A stretch of DNA of 33,567 bases, from NCBI GenBank assembly GCA_964367965.1, contig CAYIZA010000005.1, positions 1 to 33,567 on the forward strand, in the 5' to 3' direction. The stretch is from an uncultured Christensenella sp. (GTDB taxonomy: Bacteria > Bacillota > Clostridia > Christensenellales > UBA1242). Position numbers and translations under genes: made by a program. Numbering within the stretch: the stretch's first letter is position 1; each line of letters opens with the position of its first letter. Of this stretch, positions 17,104-25,935 are shown piece after piece. The notes beneath the pieces were generated by a model. It worked only from the letters and a program-made list of their open reading frames with translations. It did no database searches and had not been told where the DNA came from.

Positions 17104-17736
17104 TTACTGATTGGCAAAATTTCCAGATATATTTTCACCGAACAGGTCCTTCAATTTCATCCGCATCCGGGCTATAGCGTTTGCCACACTGCGGAGATCT
17201 ATATTCAACTTTTGCGAAATATCCACATGGGAAAAACCTTTCAGATAAAAACCCAGAACGCTGAATTCCAAATCGCTGAGTTGTTTTTTTATCAGAGCAC
17301 TCAACTCATGTTTGCTCTCCAGTTGCAGAAACTTTTCCTCCGGGGTCAAATCGCTACTGACCAGAAATATACTTACCCCGTCGCCCTCTTCGCTCAAGTC
17401 AATACTGCCCTGGTTGCTTATGGAAAGAAAGGCATTGGTGCTCTTTTTTCGTATGCCAGAGCGGATAGCAGTCTGCACCTGACGAACTATGCAGAGATAG
17501 GCAAAACTGGAAAAACTGGCACCTCCGGACTCTTTGAAACTCTGAACAGCCTTGTACAGCCCTATCATACCCTCCTGCACCAAATCTTCGTCATCGCCGT
17601 CCACTAAGAAATAGCCACGGGCTATACTGCTGACCATAGGCTTGAAGTTTTCAATCAGGTCATCCAGTGCTGTGGTGTCGCCCTTTCTCGCACGGGCGAG
17701 CAGCAGGGCAGTCTGTTCCGGAGTTAAAATTTTCAT
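17104..17736 (-). CDS. sigH: RNA polymerase sporulation-initiation sigma factor SigH
   Basis: 210 aa. The segment DLVQEGMIGLYKAVQSFKESGGASFSSFAYLCIVRQVQTAIRS closely parallels the B. subtilis SigH region 2, and a region 4 HTH lies at the C-terminus. It follows mrnC-rlmB as in Bacillus, with an ATGA overlap with rlmB. Confidence 0.85.
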   Translation of the reverse strand: MKILTPEQTALLLARARKGDTTALDDLIENFKPMVSSIARGYFLVDGDDEDLVQEGMIGLYKAVQSFKESGGASFSSFAYLCIVRQVQTAIRSGIRKKSTNAFLSISNQGSIDLSEEGDGVSIFLVSSDLTPEEKFLQLESKHELSALIKKQLSDLEFSVLGFYLKGFSHVDISQKLNIDLRSVANAIARMRMKLKDLFGENISGNFANQ

Positions 17737-18449
17737 CTGCCCTCCCTCTGCCGCAGCGATTCAAATACCGCTATGCCACACGCTACACTGGCGTTCAGTG
17801 AATTTACCTGACCTTTCATAGGCAGAGTCAGAACACCGTCACAGTTCTTTTTCAGGAGCGGACTCACGCCGTGCCCCTCGCTGCCGATTACCAGCGCAAG
17901 TGCGCCGGTCAGATTCTGGCTGTAGATATCCTGTCCTCCCAACTCAACTGCAAACACCCAAACACCTCTGGACTTTAGCATATCCACTGTCTGGTTCAAA
18001 TTTACAACCTTTGCCACACGCATATAAGACAGCGCTCCAGCACTGGTTTTTGCAACCGTTTCATTTATCTCACAGGCACGGTGTTTGGGGATTATAATCC
18101 CGTGCACACCTGCACATTCACACACACGGAGCACACTGCCCAGGTTGTGCGGGTCCTCTACTCCGTCCAGAATAACCAAAAACGGCTGCTGACCCCGGGA
18201 GTCCGCAAAGGACAGAATCTCCTCCACTGAGGAATAGGTGAAGTCCTCCACCTCAGCCACAAAGCCCTGGTGGCTGCCACCGTTAGCGAGTTCATCCAGT
18301 TTGTCCCGGGATACAAGTTGCGCCCTGAGATTAGATTTTCTCGCCAACGCCAGCAAATCGTTGTCTCGGTCATTTGCCGCCCATAGTTTATGAACCGCCT
18401 TGCCGGACTTCAGTGCCTCCATAATGGTGTTTTTTCCAAAAATTATCAT
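17733..18449 (-). CDS. rlmB: 23S rRNA (guanosine-2'-O-)-methyltransferase RlmB (SpoU/TrmH family)
   Basis: 238 aa. The N-terminal substrate-binding domain starts FGKNTIMEALKSG. SpoU motifs follow: LDGVEDPHNLGSVLRVCE, LVIGSEGHGV and SLNASVACGIA. Confidence 0.85.
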   Translation of the reverse strand: MIIFGKNTIMEALKSGKAVHKLWAANDRDNDLLALARKSNLRAQLVSRDKLDELANGGSHQGFVAEVEDFTYSSVEEILSFADSRGQQPFLVILDGVEDPHNLGSVLRVCECAGVHGIIIPKHRACEINETVAKTSAGALSYMRVAKVVNLNQTVDMLKSRGVWVFAVELGGQDIYSQNLTGALALVIGSEGHGVSPLLKKNCDGVLTLPMKGQVNSLNASVACGIAVFESLRQREGR

Positions 18450-18856
18450 AATTTCACCTCGCCCAGCGCTATTTCCAGTATCTTTTCCAACCTCTCATAT
18501 TCCTGGCACAAGAACAAAAAGCCCACCAGTGCCTCAAATCCAGTTGCTTTTTTATAGTCTGCAAGCCCGGCGTTTTTGCTCTTGCTCAGGGTGTGGGTAT
18601 TCCGGGCACGGCGCACAATATCACCCTCCTGCTCGGTCAGGTGAGGCAGCACCCGAACCAGGTACTCTCCCTGCGCCTTGGCATTTACACAATTATTCGC
18701 TTTGAGGTGAAGTTTGCCGGACTTCTCCCGTGGATTTAGCACCCGGGTTCGCACAAAAAGAGTAAAGAAAGCATCGCCCACAAAGGCAAGCGAAGTGGAC
18801 GGCATATTCTCAATGTCGCTTTTAACAAAGTTTAAGTGTGAGATTTTAAATTCCAT
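18446..18856 (-). CDS. mrnC: Mini-ribonuclease 3
   Basis: It carries the RNase III-like signature LAFVGDAFFTLFVR, plus NAKAQ and GFEALVGFLFL. Its position before rlmB-sigH matches Bacillus. The start is set to the first ATG (18856); the ORF track extends to TTG 18874. Neither start has a good RBS. Confidence 0.8.
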   Translation of the reverse strand: MEFKISHLNFVKSDIENMPSTSLAFVGDAFFTLFVRTRVLNPREKSGKLHLKANNCVNAKAQGEYLVRVLPHLTEQEGDIVRRARNTHTLSKSKNAGLADYKKATGFEALVGFLFLCQEYERLEKILEIALGEVKL

Positions 18857-18900
18857 GCCCTTATTGTACCACAAATTTTATATAAACACAACAAACAAAA

Positions 18901-19602
18901 CTAAAAATTTGTCAAATCAAAATACTGCACTATACCACAGAAAATCTGGTATGCCAGTCTGGTCTGGTACTCGTCGGTGACTAGCAGTGCCTCATCCTCG
19001 GGATTGGAGAGATAGCCGCCCTCTACCAAAATGCCGGCAGCCCTGGTGCTGGTCAGCACAAAAAAGTCGCCCTCGGCACAACTTTGCCGTGACTTGTGCA
19101 GATTTTTCACAAATAATTTTTGCATATTGACAGCAAGCGCATTGCTGGTTTCATCGCCGGGCTTATAGAACACCTGAGAGCCGTGTGCACTGCTGTCCGG
19201 GAAAAAATTCATATGCACACTTACCACCAGATTGGGATTTGCATCTTCGATAATCCGCTTGCGTTCAGCCATATCCCGTTTTTTAAAGCCGCTGGCAAAA
19301 ACGCCATACAGCCCGTCCTCGGTTTGCCGGGTCTGCACTACCCGAATATTCATAGTCCTAAGCAGCCCCTCAATCTTATTGGTGACTGCCAGATTTATAT
19401 CCCGCTCATAGGCTCCGGTGGATCTGCCGATACTACCGACATCTATACCTCCATGCCCGGCATCCAGCACCACACAAAAGTTCTGTCCTGGAATATCGGC
19501 AGTAGAGCTCTGGGGAGTCCAGTACAGACACCCCACCCCTAAAACCAAAGCACAAAACAGAAATATAGAAACAAAAAGCCTGCTCTTAACCACAATAAAC
19601 AT
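18901..19602 (-). CDS. cwlD: N-acetylmuramoyl-L-alanine amidase, CwlD-like (germination-specific, muramic-delta-lactam pathway)
   Basis: 233 aa with a single N-terminal TM then an Amidase_3 domain (LDAGHGGIDVG, VSVHMNFF, ILVEGGYLSNPEDEALL). Size and architecture match B. subtilis CwlD. Confidence 0.7.
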   Translation of the reverse strand: MFIVVKSRLFVSIFLFCALVLGVGCLYWTPQSSTADIPGQNFCVVLDAGHGGIDVGSIGRSTGAYERDINLAVTNKIEGLLRTMNIRVVQTRQTEDGLYGVFASGFKKRDMAERKRIIEDANPNLVVSVHMNFFPDSSAHGSQVFYKPGDETSNALAVNMQKLFVKNLHKSRQSCAEGDFFVLTSTRAAGILVEGGYLSNPEDEALLVTDEYQTRLAYQIFCGIVQYFDLTNF

Positions 19603-19730
19603 AGTTATGTATATGAAACAAAAAACAGTGATAATACACCCTTTTAATTTTTAACTGTGCTAGACTTAACGAGCAGCACCTTGTATTCAGGTATAGCGGG
19701 CTGTGTTGTGTTTTGTTATTAAAAAAGCAC

Positions 19731-19759
19731 AAAAAAACAGTGATAACACACTGTTTTTT
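19731..19759 (-). terminator. Bidirectional Rho-independent terminator after the DUF4097-like gene
   Basis: The perfect hairpin ACAGTG-ATAACA-CACTGT (19737-19754) is flanked by A7 and T5. It lies 10 nt below the stop at 19769. Confidence 0.7.
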
Positions 19760-19768
19760 ATAATTTAC

Positions 19769-21283
19769 TTAAGCAGTTTTCAGGGTAATCTTGCCGGTGC
19801 TGCTGATGACAGTAACTTTGTCGTCCTCACTTGCATCGCCGGTAAGGTTCACCTCTTGGAATTCACTGCCACTGTTTTTCGCAGCGCTTTCTAATCCGCC
19901 CAAAAGAATATCAGTGGCGCTCTGTGAAGACCATTTCAGATAAAAGGACTGGACAGGAAACACCACATTGACCGACCCGGTGTTGGACTCCAGTTTGCTG
20001 GTTCCATTGACTTCCGAGAAATTCCCTTTTATACTGCCCCCACCCGGTGAGGTAATGAGTGCATCCACTGTGCCTCTAAGGTTGGTGAATTCTATATCTC
20101 CGTGACGGTTCCTGAATTTCAGATTTATAGCCGGAGCAGTCTCTGCTAAGTTCACGGTGAGATCGCCATAAACCGATTCCAAATCGATGAGTTTAGTCGA
20201 TCCGACTTCCGAGGTGACATTTTTAAGCATTACCGAACCCCGTACTGTAACAGCGGTAACATTGCCGTTGGTTTCGTCAATGGTTATATCTCCGTCGGTT
20301 GCCTCCAGCGTTGCCTCACCGGTCAGTTTGCCGATATTCAGATATCCAGTGCCTCCGTCCAGATTTATACTGCCGCCGATATCACTCATCTTCATAACAC
20401 ACGATTTGACTTTGAGGTTTACATCACCGCTGATATTTCCGACTTCCAAAAGCCCCTTCTCTGCCTCGAAATCAAAATCTCCGTTGATATCACCCAACTG
20501 CAGGTGACAATTGCCTGCCTTTATACTTATCATGGCTGAGTTCGGGTCGGCGCCGGTGCCCAAGTCCTTCATAATAATGTTTCCGAAGCCCTTCACCTCT
20601 ATATCGGCAACGCCGTTGAGTGCTGTTTGGGTTTCAAAATGTCCGGACTGTTTGGTCACCGCCAGGTACTCCTGGATGTATGAATCTTTCAGAACCACCT
20701 TGCCGGTGTCTGAACTAATATTCAGATTTTTCATAGCAATCCGGTTGTTGTGTTCATTATTTATAGTTCCACCCAGCGTTATCTCGCCATGCGAGGTAAT
20801 CAGTTCCAGTGTCTTATCTGCCAGGGTGTTGGGAGCCACTATAAGATTTATTTTAGCATCACCACGCATAAGCCAGCCGTCCGGCTCTGCTATCTCAAAG
20901 GATATTACACTTTTGCCGCTCTCCTCAATAATATTACAGGAGTAAGTTGGACGATCCACCTCGCCCCACACAAAGCCGTTATACTTGTTGGAGTACACCA
21001 CAGTGAGATTGTTATTCACATCCACTAGTTCATCATCGGTATTAACCCGGACTACTATGTCATAGCCCTTGGTGGTTACCCGTATGGTATCGGCATTCTC
21101 ATAGTCTGAGGAAGTGAGTGCTATTTCATCACTGCGAGTCTTGCCATCTCCGTTTATATAGTGCAGCCCGAAATAGTTCACCCCGGGAAAAATCAACAGT
21201 ATAGCGCCCAGGATTATAGCAATCCCCAAAAGGGCGGTGGCAACAATCAAAATAAACTTTGTAATGGTTGCAAAAAATCCCAT
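19769..21283 (-). CDS. Membrane-anchored beta-strand-repeat protein (DUF4097 / putative adhesin-like)
   Basis: 504 aa with an N-terminal TM (FILIVATALLGIAIILGAILLIF). A long run of short G-D/N-(I/V) beta-repeats follows (GDINGDFDFE, GNISGDVNLKV, IGGSINLDGG, TDGDITIDE, VRGSVMLKN), ending in a HGDIEF-type segment. AAGGAG lies upstream. Confidence 0.5.
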   Translation of the reverse strand: MGFFATITKFILIVATALLGIAIILGAILLIFPGVNYFGLHYINGDGKTRSDEIALTSSDYENADTIRVTTKGYDIVVRVNTDDELVDVNNNLTVVYSNKYNGFVWGEVDRPTYSCNIIEESGKSVISFEIAEPDGWLMRGDAKINLIVAPNTLADKTLELITSHGEITLGGTINNEHNNRIAMKNLNISSDTGKVVLKDSYIQEYLAVTKQSGHFETQTALNGVADIEVKGFGNIIMKDLGTGADPNSAMISIKAGNCHLQLGDINGDFDFEAEKGLLEVGNISGDVNLKVKSCVMKMSDIGGSINLDGGTGYLNIGKLTGEATLEATDGDITIDETNGNVTAVTVRGSVMLKNVTSEVGSTKLIDLESVYGDLTVNLAETAPAINLKFRNRHGDIEFTNLRGTVDALITSPGGGSIKGNFSEVNGTSKLESNTGSVNVVFPVQSFYLKWSSQSATDILLGGLESAAKNSGSEFQEVNLTGDASEDDKVTVISSTGKITLKTA

Positions 21284-21311
21284 GCAAACTCCTTCATCTT
21301 TTCTGAACTCA

Positions 21312-21340
21312 ATTATACTATTAAAACACCGCTAAGTCAA
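21312..21340 (-). promoter_or_regulatory. Near-consensus sigma-A promoter for the DUF4097-like gene
   Basis: On the minus strand: TTGACT (21335-21340), a 17-nt spacer, then TATAAT (21312-21317). It sits immediately after the alaS stop. Confidence 0.65.
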
Positions 21341-21357
21341 CGAGTTTTTCCAATTCA

Positions 21358-23163
21358 TTATTTCAGAATCGCTTTTATTCGTCTGATGCCGCTGCTGCTG
21401 CTCTCCTCTTTCTGGATGACAAACTCTCCCAACTCTCCGGTACGCTTGGCGTGAGGTCCTCCGCATATCTCCCGACTGAATTCACCGACGGTGTACACCT
21501 TGACCTTGTCGCCATATTTGGACTCAAATATACCGATAGCGCCGCTCTCTTTTGCCTGCTGCAGTGTCATCTCCTGACACTCTATCTGAATATCCGCCGC
21601 TATAGCCTGATTGACTAGTTTCTCCACCTCAGCCAACTCCTCCGGGGTCATCTTGTGGTCACAGAGGAAATCAAAACGCAACCTCTCTGGGGTGATATTA
21701 CTTCCCCTTTGTTCTACCTTATCACCCAACACCTTTCGAAGTGCCGCATTCAGCAAGTGAGTGGCAGTGTGCAGTCTTGCGACTCGCTCCTGGTCTTCCT
21801 GGCTTTCAACCTGCCCGACTCCGCCCTTGAACATAGCGCCCGAGTTATCCCGGGACTTCTGCTGGTGTTCGCTCAACGCCTCATTAAAGCCCTTTTTATC
21901 CAATTTTATACCCTTTTCACAGCACAACTCGCAGGTCAATTCCACCGGAAATCCAAAGGTGTCAAACAGACGGAAGGCAGTCTTGCCGTCCATCATATCA
22001 CCCTTTTTCAGAGTGGATATACAGCGGTTGAACTCCTTGAGTCCACCCTCCAGAGCATGCTGGAACTTGACAATCTCTGCTGTCAGTTCATCGAGAATAA
22101 ACTGCTCTTTAACTCTAAAGTTCGGAAACTCTTCAGCATAGAAATCCAGAAAACACTTTGCCACTTCGGTGAGGCTTTCCGCTTGGATATTGAGCGCCCG
22201 AGCAGAGTTTACCGCACTGCGTATCAGTCGTCTCAACACATAGCCCTGACCAGTGTTGCTCGGAGTGGTCGGGTTTAGGTCGCCCAGCAGAAACACGCTG
22301 GCACGGAGGTGGTCACAGATTATAGCAAAGGGTCGGCTCTCCACTTTTTTGAAGTCGAATTTGGTGCCGCTCAACTTTTCCAGCAGCGCAATGGAGTCCT
22401 CAAAGCAGTCATTCTGATAGGTGCTCTCAAAACCGTTCAAGGTGCTTACAACCCGCTCCATACCCATACCGGTATCCACATTTTGCTGTGGCAGTTTGCG
22501 AAGGGGGCTGCCTGGTTGGTCTATGATAAATTCCATAAATACATTGTTCCAGATTTCCACCCATTTTCCACAGTCGCAGGAGGGGTCACAATGTTCGGAG
22601 CAAGCCGGTTTACCGGTGTCAAAAAAGATTTCGGTATCCGGTCCGCAGGGTCCTGTTCCGCCGCCGACCTCCCACCAGTTGTCCTTTTTGGGAAAGTAGA
22701 ATATCCTGTCAGCGTCCATACCGCAACTCTTCCAGATGCTGGCACTGTAGTCATCCCGAGGCACATCTTCATCGCCGGCAAATACTGTTACCGCCAGGCG
22801 ATTTTTAGGTATGCCCAGCCACTTGGCATCGGTCAAAAATTCCCAACTCCAGGTTATCGCCTCTTTCTTAAAGTAGTCGCCCAGACTCCAGTTGCCCAGC
22901 ATAAAAAACAGGGTGTGGTGACGGTTGTCGCCCACCTCTTCAATATCGTTCGTCCTCAAGCAAGGTTGGATATTAAAAAGTCGGGTGCCCATCGGGTGCG
23001 GCTTACCCAGCAGATATGGCACCAGCGGCTGCATTCCTGCGGTGGTGAAAAGAACGGAGTTATCCGCCGGAATAAGAGAGGCTCCCTCAATCTCAGTATG
23101 TTTTTTTTCGTTCCAGAACTGACGCCATAATTTCATCAGTTTTTTGCTTGTTAAATCTTTCAT
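21358..23163 (-). CDS. alaS: Alanine--tRNA ligase, short form (catalytic + tRNA-recognition + editing core; no C-Ala domain)
   Basis: The start is set to ATG 23163 (MKDLTSKKLMKLWRQFWNEKKH), which has AGGA 5 nt upstream. Class II AlaRS motifs are present: FTTAGMQP, NWSLGDYFK, WEVGGGTGPCGPDTEIF, EIWNNVFMEF and VDTGMGMERV. Editing-site motifs HTATH and CGGPH are also present. The ORF ends at GIRRIKAILK. Confidence 0.85.
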   Translation of the reverse strand: MKDLTSKKLMKLWRQFWNEKKHTEIEGASLIPADNSVLFTTAGMQPLVPYLLGKPHPMGTRLFNIQPCLRTNDIEEVGDNRHHTLFFMLGNWSLGDYFKKEAITWSWEFLTDAKWLGIPKNRLAVTVFAGDEDVPRDDYSASIWKSCGMDADRIFYFPKKDNWWEVGGGTGPCGPDTEIFFDTGKPACSEHCDPSCDCGKWVEIWNNVFMEFIIDQPGSPLRKLPQQNVDTGMGMERVVSTLNGFESTYQNDCFEDSIALLEKLSGTKFDFKKVESRPFAIICDHLRASVFLLGDLNPTTPSNTGQGYVLRRLIRSAVNSARALNIQAESLTEVAKCFLDFYAEEFPNFRVKEQFILDELTAEIVKFQHALEGGLKEFNRCISTLKKGDMMDGKTAFRLFDTFGFPVELTCELCCEKGIKLDKKGFNEALSEHQQKSRDNSGAMFKGGVGQVESQEDQERVARLHTATHLLNAALRKVLGDKVEQRGSNITPERLRFDFLCDHKMTPEELAEVEKLVNQAIAADIQIECQEMTLQQAKESGAIGIFESKYGDKVKVYTVGEFSREICGGPHAKRTGELGEFVIQKEESSSSGIRRIKAILK

Positions 23164-23297
23164 AATCATCCTATCTTTTAAGGCAATTTCCCTAAAGATC
23201 GAGCCGTTCCAGCCCCCTCATTCTCTTTGAGGTCGGGCGCATAAAACTATGCGCAAAACTATCAATTGTAGGGGTTTATTTCCTTTAATCGTTTATT

Positions 23298-23326
23298 ATT
23301 GTAACTAAAAGGCACCCTAAAGTCAA
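23298..23326 (-). promoter_or_regulatory. Sigma-A promoter of alaS
   Basis: On the minus strand: TTGACT (23321-23326), a 17-nt spacer, then TACAAT (23298-23303). This implies a ~128-nt leader. Confidence 0.65.
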
Positions 23327-23352
23327 GGACTTTCTACAAACTGGTTGTTTTT

Positions 23353-23381
23353 GCATAAAAATGTAAACTTTCTGCAAAATA
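23353..23381 (+). promoter_or_regulatory. Possible forespore (sigma-G type) promoter of the ger operon
   Basis: GCATA (23353-23357), a 17-nt spacer, then CAAAATA (23375-23381), compared with the sigma-G consensus GHATR / CATxHTA. There is one mismatch in the -10. It sits just upstream of the RBS AAGGAGGGG. Confidence 0.35.
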
Positions 23382-23398
23382 TCAGCAAGGAGGGGAAT

Positions 23399-24850
23399 AT
23401 GCTGACAAAATCGCTAAAAGAAAATGTTGAAACCTTTAAAAAGCTGTTCCACCAGTCTGAGGATTTGATTGTGCGGGAATTTATTTCATTTCAGAACACC
23501 CCGTCTGCACTACTCTATCTGGACAACACTATAGACAAACAGTTTCTCATCAGCGGACTGATTCGCCCGCTGCAGGAGATATCGGTACCCAAACCCGAGA
23601 ATCAGTGTGCTGCAAAATATGCTATGCAAAACATAGTCGGTTTTTCCAACCTATCGGTGGAAAGCGAGGAAACCCCACTGCTGGAGAAAATTACCAACGG
23701 CTATGGTATAGTTATGTTTGAAGGCTGTGATAATGCAATCTCTGTAGACTGTACCAAGTGGGTGATTAGGCTTCCCACTGAGCCGCCCACCAACGCTGTC
23801 CTCAACGGCCCCCGTGAGGGCTTTGTGGAGGATGTGGTCACTAATGTTGCCCTTATGCGAAAGCGGCTAAAAACGCCCGATGTAGTGTTTGACCGAATGG
23901 AGATTGGACGGCGTACCAAGTCACAAGTTCGAATTTGCTACATAAACGGTATTGCCGACCCCAAGATCGTTAAAAACATAAAGGATCGGCTGAAAAAAAT
24001 TGATATAGACGGGATTGTGGACTCCAACTATCTGGTGGATTTCCTAAACGACCGGCGCCATAGTATATTTCACCAGATTGGACGCACTGAAAAACCGGAT
24101 ATCGTCACCGCCAAAGTGCTGGAGGGGCGTGTCGCCATAATGGTGGACGGTTCCCCTATTGTGCTGACCCTGCCCTTTCTGCTGCTGGAGGACTTCCAGA
24201 GCAGTAATGACTACTACACCAGCCCCAGCCGTGCTACCTTTCTGCGTTGGCTTCGGTTCGGCGGCATAGCGCTGGCAACGCTGTTGCCTGGCTGCTATGT
24301 AGCGGTAATAATGTATCACTACAAAATAATCCCCATAAAACTGCTGACCAGCATCTCCAATAGTATTCAGGGAATTCCCTTTTCGCCATTTCTGGAAGTA
24401 CTGTTTATCATCTTTCTCTTTGAGATGCTCTATGAGGCAAGTCTGCGCATGCCCCGGTATCTGGGACTGGCACTCTCAGTCATCGGAGCGCTGATACTCG
24501 GGGACACCGCAGTTAAGTCCGGTCTAGTCAGTCCGCCAGCGGTTATGATAGTAGCCCTGACCGGAGTTATGAGTTACACTGTACCGGAACAGCACCCTCA
24601 GGTGTCATTCCTGAGGATTATATTTACCATAATAGGGGGAGTTCTGGGGCTCTATGGTATAATTATGAGTTCGCTGTTTTTGGTGGGATATCTGGTGAAC
24701 ATCCAGAGTTATGGCGCTCCCTATCTTGCACCGATCGGGCCCTATGTGCCCAGCGACCAGAAAGACGGCTTCATCAAGGGGAATGTCACCAACCAGATTA
24801 CCCGGCCTAAAAGTTTTCCGAACATAAATTCCAGGAGGCTTAAAAAATGA
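23399..24850 (+). CDS. Spore germination receptor subunit A (GerAA/GerKA family)
   Basis: I trimmed the frame to ATG 23399, which has AAGGAGGGG upstream. The product is 483 aa. A soluble N-domain with NGPREGFVEDVVTNVALMRKRLKTP is followed by a C-terminal membrane domain of about 5 TM. Confidence 0.9.
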   Translation: MLTKSLKENVETFKKLFHQSEDLIVREFISFQNTPSALLYLDNTIDKQFLISGLIRPLQEISVPKPENQCAAKYAMQNIVGFSNLSVESEETPLLEKITNGYGIVMFEGCDNAISVDCTKWVIRLPTEPPTNAVLNGPREGFVEDVVTNVALMRKRLKTPDVVFDRMEIGRRTKSQVRICYINGIADPKIVKNIKDRLKKIDIDGIVDSNYLVDFLNDRRHSIFHQIGRTEKPDIVTAKVLEGRVAIMVDGSPIVLTLPFLLLEDFQSSNDYYTSPSRATFLRWLRFGGIALATLLPGCYVAVIMYHYKIIPIKLLTSISNSIQGIPFSPFLEVLFIIFLFEMLYEASLRMPRYLGLALSVIGALILGDTAVKSGLVSPPAVMIVALTGVMSYTVPEQHPQVSFLRIIFTIIGGVLGLYGIIMSSLFLVGYLVNIQSYGAPYLAPIGPYVPSDQKDGFIKGNVTNQITRPKSFPNINSRRLKK

Positions 24851-25935
24851 AAACGCTGACCTCCCGTCAATTTATCCTGATATGGCTTTTCCTTTTTGTG
24901 GGCACCAAACTTCTGACGCTGCAGCCCTTTGTTCACGAAAGCGCAGGCAAGGATTCTATCTGGTCTATGGTGCTTTCTGTCGGGCTGGATTTATTGATTT
25001 TATTCTTCTGTGTTTGGCTGATGAAGCGCAATCCGCACACCACCTTTTTTCAACTTCTTAAAAGGTCGCTGGGCGAGGTTGTTTCCCGTGTGGTTTTGCT
25101 ACTGCTCTTCGTCTTTATATTACTGAAAGCGTTGATGCTCTACCAGGAGACATACTCGCTCTTCTTACAGTTGCTCTACGAGGATTTGCCAATACTGGTC
25201 TATGTGATGACGGCTTTTTTTGTGACCGGGTACTTCGCCATCCGGGGCATCCGGGTGATCGGCAGAACACTGGAGATTTTGTGGGTTTTTATATTGATTG
25301 GGGTTGTGACATGTGCTATAACGGCGCTCTCCAACCTGGATTTTAAGTACATTTTGCCCTTTTTCGAGGACGGCTTTACCCAGACCCTGGATGGAGTTAA
25401 AAACTCAATATTTTACTACGGAAACGGTATAATATTGCTCTGTTTTATGGGTCGAGTGGACTTTAATAAGAAATTTCATCTTAAACTATGGCTCAGCACT
25501 TTGGCAGGAACGGTTCTGGTGTTGGGGCTCAGCCTGCTATTCTTTGTTATCTACGGGCCGACTGTCGTTTATATTGAGTTCACTATCTCAGACCTGCCAC
25601 AGTATAGTTATATCGTTTCCGACCTGGGACGCCTCAACTGGCTGAGTGTGGTAGTCTGTACCATTGCACTGTTCCTGGTGAGTTGCATCTTTCTATATGC
25701 ACTGGGACTGCTGGGGCGCTGGATTACAGGATTCCGTAAACCCTTTTTTCCAGTAGGCGCATCGCTAGTGACCATTGCAGTCCTGGCTCTTATCAACGAG
25801 TTTAGCATTACACTTATGGAGGAACAGATAAACAACTCCTGGAACTTTATAATTGGTGGGGTTCTTATTCTATACACCCTGCTTTGTCTATGCTACCTCA
25901 TTTTTAAAAGGAGGAGAAAATGGATAACGCCATAA
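24847..25935 (+). CDS. Spore germination receptor subunit B (GerAB, spore permease/APC-like)
   Basis: 362-aa protein with about 10 TM segments. It has an ATGA overlap with subunit A, with AGGAGG upstream. Confidence 0.88.
   Translation: MKTLTSRQFILIWLFLFVGTKLLTLQPFVHESAGKDSIWSMVLSVGLDLLILFFCVWLMKRNPHTTFFQLLKRSLGEVVSRVVLLLLFVFILLKALMLYQETYSLFLQLLYEDLPILVYVMTAFFVTGYFAIRGIRVIGRTLEILWVFILIGVVTCAITALSNLDFKYILPFFEDGFTQTLDGVKNSIFYYGNGIILLCFMGRVDFNKKFHLKLWLSTLAGTVLVLGLSLLFFVIYGPTVVYIEFTISDLPQYSYIVSDLGRLNWLSVVVCTIALFLVSCIFLYALGLLGRWITGFRKPFFPVGASLVTIAVLALINEFSITLMEEQINNSWNFIIGGVLILYTLLCLCYLIFKRRRKWITP

Noticed and set aside
19620-19650. Second copy of AAAAAACAGTGATAA(T/C)ACA upstream of cwlD, resembling the 19731-19759 terminator
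   Set aside because: Only the 5' half is duplicated, so no hairpin can form. It is probably a decayed duplication with no evident function.
23164-23297. T-box riboswitch in front of alaS
   Set aside because: The leader is only ~128 nt. It lacks the conserved T-box sequence, a specifier loop with a GCU codon, and a terminator/antiterminator pair.
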